Shown here piece by piece: positions 8,937 to 15,926 of a DNA stretch of 43,164 bases. The stretch covers positions 1 through 43,164 of the forward strand of contig JAGAEF010000055.1 in NCBI GenBank assembly GCA_017613255.1, written 5' to 3'. Every line of letters begins with the position of its first letter. Position 1 is the stretch's first letter. A program made the translations under genes and the position numbers. Below the pieces are notes generated by a model. The model saw only the letters and a list, made by a program, of their open reading frames with translations. It was not told the DNA's origin and did no database searches. The DNA comes from Lentisphaeria bacterium (GTDB lineage: Bacteria; Verrucomicrobiota; Lentisphaeria; Victivallales; UBA1829).

Positions 8937-9962
8937 TTATTCAGCCTTGGGAGCCTTCTCGGCCTTCTCGGCTTTTTCGGCCTTGGGAGCCTTCTCGGCC
9001 TTTTCCGTCTTGGGGGCGGCTGCCTTCTTCACGGGAGCCTTGCGGGGAGCTTTCTTGACTTCCCCTTCGGCGGCGGGAGCGGCGGCTGCGGGAGCTTCCG
9101 AAGCGCCTTCGGCGGCGGCAGGAGCAGCTTCCCCTTCAGCGGGCTTTGCGGCGGTTTTCCGGGCCGGACGGCGGGAAAGCGGACGCTTTGCCCCGGGAGC
9201 GGTGCGGCGGCGGAGACCCGCCTCCTTGACCTTTTCCGCGGCGGCGGTTTCGGCTTTGAGTTTCTCCTCGGCGGCCTTCTTGCCCCAGATCTCGGCGGCG
9301 TCCTTGATGGCTTCCACGAAGGTATCCATGATGACCTTGATGGACTTCACGGCGTCGTCGTTGGCGGCCACGGGGTAGTCGATGAGATCGGGATTTCCGT
9401 TGGTGTCCACGATGGCCACGATGGGAATGCTGAGCTTGCGGGCTTCCTTCACGGCGATGTCGTCATGGCAGACGTCCACCACCACGAGGATGTCGGGAAG
9501 CTTCTTCATGGAGGCGATACCGTCCAGATCCTTGTGGAGTTTTTCGCTCTGGCGGGAGAGAAGGGAAACTTCCTTCTTCTTGAGAGTGGTGTTCTCATCC
9601 GCCACGATGGCGTCGATATCCTGCATTTTCTTCACGGATTTGCGGATGGTGGCGTTGTTGGTGAGCAGTCCGCCCATCCAGCGCTCGGTGACGAAGTTCA
9701 TATTGGTGGCTTCGGAAGCCTCCTTGACGATCTGCTGGGCCTGACGCTTGGTCCCCACGAAAAGGACGTTGGCCCCTTTCGCCACGGCATCCTGCAGGAA
9801 GTTGCAGGCGTCGGCGACCTGATGGATGGTTTTGGTGATGTCGATGATGGAAATGCCGTTCTTCGCCCCGTAGACGAAATCTTTCATCTTGGGGTTCCAG
9901 CGTTTGGTCTGATGTCCGAAGTGACATCCTGCTTCGAGAAGATCCTGTACGGTGAGTGCCAT
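8937..9962 (-). CDS. rpsB: 30S ribosomal protein S2 with a long Lys/Ala/Glu/Pro-rich C-terminal tail
   Basis: The S2 N-terminus 'MALTVQDLLEAGCHFGHQTKRWNPKM' starts at the ATG at 9962 (residue 98 of the 438-aa track ORF). The sequence 'GAAAGGCGG' lies upstream. The core ends near aa 225, followed by a low-complexity tail of about 115 aa ending (KAE)n. Confidence 0.93.
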   Translation of the reverse strand: MALTVQDLLEAGCHFGHQTKRWNPKMKDFVYGAKNGISIIDITKTIHQVADACNFLQDAVAKGANVLFVGTKRQAQQIVKEASEATNMNFVTERWMGGLLTNNATIRKSVKKMQDIDAIVADENTTLKKKEVSLLSRQSEKLHKDLDGIASMKKLPDILVVVDVCHDDIAVKEARKLSIPIVAIVDTNGNPDLIDYPVAANDDAVKSIKVIMDTFVEAIKDAAEIWGKKAAEEKLKAETAAAEKVKEAGLRRRTAPGAKRPLSRRPARKTAAKPAEGEAAPAAAEGASEAPAAAAPAAEGEVKKAPRKAPVKKAAAPKTEKAEKAPKAEKAEKAEKAPKAE

Positions 9963-10124
9963 AATCCGGCCGCCTTTCTTTTTTCCGATGCTTTGGCACG
10001 AACACTTTTTTACGGTTTCAAGTTCGGCAAGACACCTTTGCTGTTTGATTTTCCGCACCGTCTCCCGGAGTTGGTTGATGGGAGGAAGCGGCTCCTGCCG
10101 CCACGATGCTTCACTCGGGTCATT

Positions 10125-10152
10125 AATATACACCTCTTTCCGGGGATTGCAA
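10125..10152 (-). promoter_or_regulatory. sigma70-like promoter for rpsB-tsf
   Basis: The minus strand reads TTGCAA-16 nt-TATATT (-35 at 10147-10152, -10 at 10125-10130). This predicts a leader of about 155 nt before the rpsB ATG. Confidence 0.5.
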
Positions 10153-10233
10153 ATCCTTTTGCGTTTTTTTCGGTGTTTTTCCTCCGTCCGGGGGGAAAGT
10201 GCGCACGGACCTTCCGGACCGTTCGAAAAAGAT

Positions 10234-10261
10234 TTGACATTTTTCTCTTCCATGCTATATT
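10234..10261 (+). promoter_or_regulatory. sigma70-like promoter for the Wzz-like gene
   Basis: TTGACA (10234-10239), 16 nt spacer, TATATT (10256-10261). It is back-to-back with the rpsB promoter. Confidence 0.55.
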
Positions 10262-10347
10262 AACGGCGTCTCCCGGCGGTTCCCGGGAGGAGGCAGTCCA
10301 TCGGTTCGTATGAGTTGATTCGTTAACAAAAATAAGGAGCAGTCAAA

Positions 10348-11871
10348 ATGTCCGTCAATGTGGAAGCGGAAAATGATCCGCAGGAAATCGGTATCGGAGA
10401 TGTCCTTCTCGTTTTGAAGAAGTGCAGAAAATCGATCGTGCTTTTTTTCGCGGTCAGTGCGCTTCTCACCGTTTTTTTGATCGTTGCCGGGTACTTTCTC
10501 CTTCCCCGTCAGGAACTTTACACGAACAAGATCCTGATTCAGCTGCAGAAGAGTGAGGAACAGATCGTCTATCCCAGCGGAAAAATCTTCAGCGCCAATG
10601 ACATCATCTCCACTCCCGTTCTGCGCCGGGTCTACGAACACAACAAACTGGAAAAGAGGATCTCTTTCGAAGATTTTTCGAAACTCTTCTTTCTCTCCGG
10701 AACCAGTTTGAAAAAGGGTATGCTTGTGGCGGCCTACGAAAGCAAGTTCACCAGAAAGAACATCACCCTTGCCGAACTGACGAAACTGGAGGAGGAGTAT
10801 GAGAAAGCTCTCCAGAAACTGGATCACAACGTGGTGGGCATTTCCATGGCTTCCTCCTGGAAGTTCAGCTCTCAGGAAACGGCCAGAATCCTCCGGGAAG
10901 TGCCTGTGGCATGGTTCGAGGTCTATTCGAAACTGGAGTCGAAACCCCTTCCGCAGATTGATTCCGTGGCACAAATCCGGGCGCTGCGCAGCGCTTCCGC
11001 CATCGACGGCTGGCTGATCACTCTGGACAGGGCGAGAGTCGCCTGCAGCCGCCTGACGACCAGCTGTCAATCGCTCGAGCAGATGCTCATGGGACAGAAA
11101 GTCGCCTTGCCCACCGGGGAGACTTTGGCGGATCTTCGCCTTCGTTTGACGGATCTGGAACTGCGCCGTATCCGTCCTCTGCTGGTGTTCGATGCCGAAA
11201 GATCCGCCGGGAAGAACATTTCCTGGACCGTCGCCTTCCTCCAGGCCTCCATTCAGGCAGTCGACCAGCGGATCACCGCCCTGGAGGGCAAATGCGAAGG
11301 CGCCGTCGCATCGATCAACATCCTGCAGTCCGGCAGTTCGCCGAGCAAGAACGAAGCCCGTGCGTCCAAGACCGAGCAGGGCGCGGCGTCCATGACGGTG
11401 AATCTCGACGGCAGTTTCTTTGATTCCCTTACGGAACTGATCCGCGGCACACAAAGCATCGCTCTGCGGGAACAGTACGCGGCGGATTTGTTCAGATCCA
11501 AGGATAAAATCGCGGAACTTGAAGCGGAAAAAAACAACTATGAGAACATGCTCCGGGGAATAGCGCAACAGCAGAAAACGACGGGGGGAACCCTGTCTGC
11601 GGAGCAGTTCGACAAACTCGTAAGCACCATGTTCGATGAACTGATTCTTCTTTGCGAAAAAACCAACGCGTTCCGGGATCTTGCCACGAAGGAATTCCTT
11701 TCCAGCAGGCAATTTTTCGCCACGACTGGAGAAGTGCTGAAAATCTCCCATTTCCCATTTCCCTTTGCTTACATTGCCGCGTGTCTGATTTTCCTTCTGA
11801 TCGCGGTCAATGCCGTGTATGTCGGGATCCGGTTCTTTGCGGCGCGTTCCGCAGGTGAGATCGGCAAGTAA
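10348..11871 (+). CDS. polysaccharide co-polymerase (Wzz/chain-length-determinant)-like bitopic membrane protein
   Basis: 507-aa ORF. The N-terminal 'EIGIGDVLLVLKKCRKSIVLFFAVSALLTVFLIVAGYF' resembles the Wzz N-domain plus TM1. A long, probably coiled-coil, middle region follows. A second TM sits at the extreme C-terminus (AYIAACLIFLLIAVNAVYVGI). The RBS is 'AAGGAG'. No kinase domain is present. Confidence 0.5.
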   Translation: MSVNVEAENDPQEIGIGDVLLVLKKCRKSIVLFFAVSALLTVFLIVAGYFLLPRQELYTNKILIQLQKSEEQIVYPSGKIFSANDIISTPVLRRVYEHNKLEKRISFEDFSKLFFLSGTSLKKGMLVAAYESKFTRKNITLAELTKLEEEYEKALQKLDHNVVGISMASSWKFSSQETARILREVPVAWFEVYSKLESKPLPQIDSVAQIRALRSASAIDGWLITLDRARVACSRLTTSCQSLEQMLMGQKVALPTGETLADLRLRLTDLELRRIRPLLVFDAERSAGKNISWTVAFLQASIQAVDQRITALEGKCEGAVASINILQSGSSPSKNEARASKTEQGAASMTVNLDGSFFDSLTELIRGTQSIALREQYAADLFRSKDKIAELEAEKNNYENMLRGIAQQQKTTGGTLSAEQFDKLVSTMFDELILLCEKTNAFRDLATKEFLSSRQFFATTGEVLKISHFPFPFAYIAACLIFLLIAVNAVYVGIRFFAARSAGEIGK

Positions 11872-11887
11872 CACTTTCTCCCGGCAC

Positions 11888-11928
11888 TCCGGAAACAAGG
11901 GGCGCCGGGATTTTTATTGCCTTTTTTC
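11888..11928 (+). terminator. Rho-independent terminator after the Wzz-like gene
   Basis: TCCCGGC (11888-11894) pairs with GCCGGGA (11914-11920), with inner CUCC/GGGG pairing. It is followed by TTTTTATT. Confidence 0.55.
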
Positions 11929-11944
11929 GGGGGGATGCCGTCTT

Positions 11945-13045
11945 TCAGGCATCCTTTTCCAGAAAGAGGGAACGGAATTTCGCCAGTTCCTTTTCCGTTA
12001 CGCCGCCTTTGCGGAAGTAATTTTCGGCAAGGGCGTTCACGCTCATTTTTTCCCCGTCTTTTCCGGCGAGGTCCCGCAAGCCCTGCATGAAGCTCTTGAA
12101 GTATTCGGTGCTGCGGTAGCGTTTCCCCCGGAAGCGGGAAAAGACGCTGGTGGCTTCGAAGTCGAAAAGCAGATCCTTTTCCTCCGCGCCCAGCACGGCG
12201 CAGAGAAGGAAGATGAGACAGCCCGTCCGGTCCGCTCCCCCCAGACAGTGTGTGTAGCAGGGGAGATTCCTTTTGTCCAGAAGCACCCGCAGGGCGCCGG
12301 CATAATTTTCCAGCTGGTCGGGGGAGAAGATATTGCCGTAGGCCCGCAGGGGGATGTTGAAATACCGCACGTTCTTTCCGGTGAAGGCGTTCCCGCTCTC
12401 CCCGTCGCTTCCTCTGGTGTCCAGTTCACTGCGCAGGAAGAGGTTTTCCATAAGGAACTTCAGCCCCCGGGGAGGAACTTCGATGCGTTTGTTGAGAGCG
12501 CATCCCCGGTAGAGGAGCCCCTGACGGATCTTTCCGCCGTAAATGGACTTGAGCCCCCCTATATCCCGCACGTTGGAAGCCCCCTCCACGTGGAGCCACC
12601 TGGGGAAAACGTCTTCCGTGCGGAAAAAGGAGGCGGGAGAGTGCTTTAGTCTGCCCTTTTCGTCGGTATAGGCCACCCTCCAGAAATAGGTGGTCCCGAT
12701 CTTCAGACTGTGGACGAAGGCTTCTTTTCCGTTCCTTTCCGCCCTGAAGACCATTTTCCTGCGGAAAAAGGGCGTTTCGGAAAGTTCCGCAAAGAACTTT
12801 TTCCCTTTGCTTTTGCCCACCTCTTTCCAGCGCAGAACGATTTTTTCCGGGAAGGAGAAATCCAGACCGTCGGTCATGAGGATCTTCAGCCAGTCCTCCA
12901 CCAGTTCGGCGTCCTTTCTTCCGTCCGCCTCCTCGTATCCGCCCACCTTGTCGGCGGAAAGAATGTACTTTTCCAGCAGGACCTTCTGATCGGTCGTGCG
13001 CTGGGAGACGACGGCGCCTTTTTCCGGACTTTTCGGAAGAATCAT
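11945..13045 (-). CDS. protein-tyrosine/dual-specificity phosphatase (CX5R, Y_phosphatase3-like) with an N-terminal beta-rich domain
   Basis: The active-site loop 'THCLGGADRTG' is an HCX5R(S/T) match, and 'NVRDIGG' lies upstream. The start is set at the ATG at 13045 (MILPKSPEK), preceded by 'GGAAGGAG'. The longer track ORF would overlap the upstream gene. Confidence 0.75.
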   Translation of the reverse strand: MILPKSPEKGAVVSQRTTDQKVLLEKYILSADKVGGYEEADGRKDAELVEDWLKILMTDGLDFSFPEKIVLRWKEVGKSKGKKFFAELSETPFFRRKMVFRAERNGKEAFVHSLKIGTTYFWRVAYTDEKGRLKHSPASFFRTEDVFPRWLHVEGASNVRDIGGLKSIYGGKIRQGLLYRGCALNKRIEVPPRGLKFLMENLFLRSELDTRGSDGESGNAFTGKNVRYFNIPLRAYGNIFSPDQLENYAGALRVLLDKRNLPCYTHCLGGADRTGCLIFLLCAVLGAEEKDLLFDFEATSVFSRFRGKRYRSTEYFKSFMQGLRDLAGKDGEKMSVNALAENYFRKGGVTEKELAKFRSLFLEKDA

Positions 13046-13070
13046 TTTTTCTCCTTCCCGCAGGGCGTTC

Positions 13071-14405
13071 TTACTGGAAATCCGCCTTGATCTCTCCGTA
13101 AATATCCTCGGGGAGTTCCTTGCGCAGATCCACGATGCGCTCCTCCTTGATGGAGTGCCAGACGGAATCCCCGATGGCGATGGAACGCAGCGCGTCGTGG
13201 GAGTCGGCAAGGATCTTGTAGGGCCGTTCCGGATCCACGCCCAGGAAGATATCTTCCCGGATGACGCTGTCGCCGCCGCCGTGGCCGCCCACGCTGTCCG
13301 CCACCCAGTGTCTTTCCCGGGAGCCGAAGATGGGATAGTAGTCCAGATAGCGTCTGCCGCCGTTTTCCATGGGGAAGCTGGTTACGCCCACTCCGCCCCA
13401 CTCTTCGCACTCGATCCTGCCGTGGGTGCCGTTGATGGCGAGGCGATAGCCTTCCCACGGGGTGGAGAAGTTGGCGGAATAGTTGAGGAGGGCGCCGTTG
13501 GTGTAGCGGACGTTGGCCACGATGGTGTCATGGATGTCGATCTCGGAATCGAAGATGCAGCGGTCGGGGCAGTAGATCTCGGGAGAGTACTTGTCGTCCA
13601 CGCCCAGAAGTTCGGCCATGTGGGTTTCCGTGGCGGCGGCCTGCTGATTGGTGCGGCTGGACCAGCGCCGGATGTAGGCGCATTTGCTCTTTTCCGTACA
13701 ATTCGAGCAGCGTCTTCCGTCTTTTTTGGAGGGATTGAAGGGGCCGTTGGGGCCGAAGTGGTTCAAGGCACCGAAGGCGTGGATGGTTTCCGGGGTGCCG
13801 TCGATCCACCAGTTCACCAGATCGAAGTGGTGGCTGGCCTTGTGGATGGAAAGGCTTCCGGAATTTTTCCGCATCCGGTTCCAGCGGTTGAAATAGCTTG
13901 CCCCGTGCCGGATGTCCACATACCAGTTGAGGTCCACATGGGTGATCCGTCCCACCTTTTTGGCGATAAGCATTTCCCGCAGTTTCCGGTGGATGGGGGC
14001 GTAGCGGTAGTTGAAGGTGGCAATGATCCTGCCTTTGGACTTCTTTTCCGCCCGGATGACCTTGACCACGTCCTCCATGTTGGTGCAAAGCGGCTTTTCG
14101 CAGACCACGTCCAGATCGTGTTCCAGCCCCTTGAGGATGTAGTCCACATGGTGGCAGTCCTTGCAGACCACCAGAAGCGCATCGGGTCTGGTTTCCGCGA
14201 TCATTCTGTCGCAGTCGGCAGGCATGTAGCAGGGGACATCCTTGAGCTGGGGGTATTTCCCTTTGGCGAACTCGAACCGGAAGGGATCGATATCCAGAAG
14301 CCCCACCACTTCCGCCGTTTCGCGGAACTCGTCCAGAATGGAGGAAATGTACATGGCCAGAGCGCGTCCGGAAACCCCGCAGACAGCATACCTTTTTTTC
14401 GTCAT
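13071..14405 (-). CDS. Gfo/Idh/MocA-family NAD(P)-dependent oxidoreductase (possibly GH109-like)
   Basis: 444-aa ORF with an N-terminal Rossmann segment 'KRYAVCGVSGRA', an 'EKP' motif ('VVCEKPL') and a C-terminal 'GGHGGGD' motif. It is co-directional with the phosphatase and 25 nt upstream of it. Confidence 0.8.
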   Translation of the reverse strand: MTKKRYAVCGVSGRALAMYISSILDEFRETAEVVGLLDIDPFRFEFAKGKYPQLKDVPCYMPADCDRMIAETRPDALLVVCKDCHHVDYILKGLEHDLDVVCEKPLCTNMEDVVKVIRAEKKSKGRIIATFNYRYAPIHRKLREMLIAKKVGRITHVDLNWYVDIRHGASYFNRWNRMRKNSGSLSIHKASHHFDLVNWWIDGTPETIHAFGALNHFGPNGPFNPSKKDGRRCSNCTEKSKCAYIRRWSSRTNQQAAATETHMAELLGVDDKYSPEIYCPDRCIFDSEIDIHDTIVANVRYTNGALLNYSANFSTPWEGYRLAINGTHGRIECEEWGGVGVTSFPMENGGRRYLDYYPIFGSRERHWVADSVGGHGGGDSVIREDIFLGVDPERPYKILADSHDALRSIAIGDSVWHSIKEERIVDLRKELPEDIYGEIKADFQ

Positions 14406-14586
14406 CTTTTCTGCTCCCGCCCGGAGGACCGGGCTTTTGAGTTAGTTTGCTTTTTTTCTTTTTTGCCGCCTCGGGAAAGAGGCGAAAAACTTACGCAGAA
14501 CAATACACCCGGAACGGAAAAAATCAAGTTCTCAACTCTTTTTTCCCGCAAAATGCGCCGTTTTTTCCCAAGGGGGGATTTTTTCG

Positions 14587-14615
14587 CTGGAAAAATCGTC
14601 TTTTCATGGTATATT
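14587..14615 (+). promoter_or_regulatory. extended -10 promoter for hydF
   Basis: TGgTATATT lies at 14607-14615. The -35 is weak (CTGGAA at 14587-14592, 17-nt spacer). The element lies 37 nt upstream of the hydF ATG. Confidence 0.4.
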
Positions 14616-14651
14616 AGGGCAGGAACAAAACTTTTCTCCCGGGAGAAATTC

Positions 14652-15926
14652 ATGCTCAAAACGCCCAAAGGACTGCGTCTGCACATCGGCTTCTTCGGGA
14701 AGCGCAACGCCGGGAAGTCCTCTCTGCTCAACGCCTTTGCCATGCAGGAGGTTTCCATCGTCTCCCCCGTGGCGGGCACAACCGCGGACCCGGTGGAAAA
14801 GGCCATGGAACTGCACTCTCTGGGGCCGGTCCTTCTCATCGACACGGCGGGATTGGACGACGATGCGGCGCTTGTGGGGGATCTCCGGCGGGAAAAGAGC
14901 CTCAAGATCATGGAACGATGCGACATGGCCTTCATCGTTTCCGAAGCGGACAAGTGGGGCTCTTTCGAGGAAAAGCTCGTTTCGGAATTTGCCGCAGGAA
15001 AAGTCCCTGTTGTCGCCGTGCTGAACAAGTGCGACCGTTTTGCCGTGCCCGAATCCCTGAAAGAGGATTTCCTCCGGCGGAAGATCCCCTTTGTCGTTGC
15101 CAGCGCCGCCGCGGGGGAGGGGATCGCTTCTTTGCGGGAGGCGGTCATAAGAAACGCTCCGGAAGAGTATCTTTCCTCACCCCGCCTCGTGGGGGATCTT
15201 CTGGAGGAGGGGCAGACGGTCCTTCTGGTGACCCCCATAGACATCGAGGCGCCCAGGGGCAGGATGATCCTCCCCCAGGTGCAGGCCCTCCGGGACGTTC
15301 TGGATTCTTCCTGCTGCGCCGTGACGGTGAAGGCGGACATGGTGAAAAAAGCTCTCCGCAACCTCAAGGAACCTCCGGCTCTTGTGGTCACGGATTCTCA
15401 GGCTTTCGGGGAGGTGGCCCCACTTGTTCCGGAAAGCATCCCGCTTACCTCCTTTTCCATTCTCATGGCCCGTCTGAAAGGGGATCTTTCCCTGTGCGCG
15501 GCGGGGGCGGCAAGGATCGGGAAAAAAGAGAAGCTGACAAAGGTGCTCATTGCGGAAGCGTGCACCCATCATCCGGTGGAAGGGGATATCGGCCGCGTGA
15601 AGATCCCCTGCGCCATAAGGAAGGTGCGGGGAAAAGTGGAAGGGAGACTCCTTGCGGAAGACGAGATCGCCTTCACCCACGTGCAGGGGCATGACTATCC
15701 GGAAGACCCGAAGGAGTATGACCTTGTCATTCATTGCGGCGCATGCACCTTCAATGCCAGAGAGATGCGTACAAGGATCCTCAAGGCGGCGGAAGCAAAA
15801 GTCCCCTTCACCAACTACGGAGTCACGCTTGCCTTCTGCGCCGGGATTCTGGAACGGGCGTTGAGCCCCTTCCCGGAGGCGCTGGAAGCCTTCCGGAAGG
15901 AAAGGAAGGAGAACACTCTTCCATGA
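14652..15926 (+). CDS. hydF: [FeFe]-hydrogenase H-cluster maturation GTPase HydF
   Basis: 424 aa. The N-terminus reads 'TPKGLRLHIGFFGKRNAGKSSLLNA'. G3 is 'DTAG' and G4 is 'NKCD'. The middle region reads 'PIDIEAPRGRMILPQVQALRDVLD' and 'LVVTDSQAF..LTSFSIL'. The C-terminal FeS motif is 'EACTHH...IHCGACTFN'. The start is taken at the internal ATG at 14652 with 'GGGAGA' upstream. The track ORF from 12996 is an antisense run-in. Confidence 0.88.
   Translation: MLKTPKGLRLHIGFFGKRNAGKSSLLNAFAMQEVSIVSPVAGTTADPVEKAMELHSLGPVLLIDTAGLDDDAALVGDLRREKSLKIMERCDMAFIVSEADKWGSFEEKLVSEFAAGKVPVVAVLNKCDRFAVPESLKEDFLRRKIPFVVASAAAGEGIASLREAVIRNAPEEYLSSPRLVGDLLEEGQTVLLVTPIDIEAPRGRMILPQVQALRDVLDSSCCAVTVKADMVKKALRNLKEPPALVVTDSQAFGEVAPLVPESIPLTSFSILMARLKGDLSLCAAGAARIGKKEKLTKVLIAEACTHHPVEGDIGRVKIPCAIRKVRGKVEGRLLAEDEIAFTHVQGHDYPEDPKEYDLVIHCGACTFNAREMRTRILKAAEAKVPFTNYGVTLAFCAGILERALSPFPEALEAFRKERKENTLP

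Noticed and set aside
9963-10253. 97-aa N-terminal extension of the rpsB track ORF (start at 10253)
   Set aside because: The conserved S2 N-terminus begins at the internal ATG at 9962. The extension has no S2 similarity, and the region contains the two divergent promoters.
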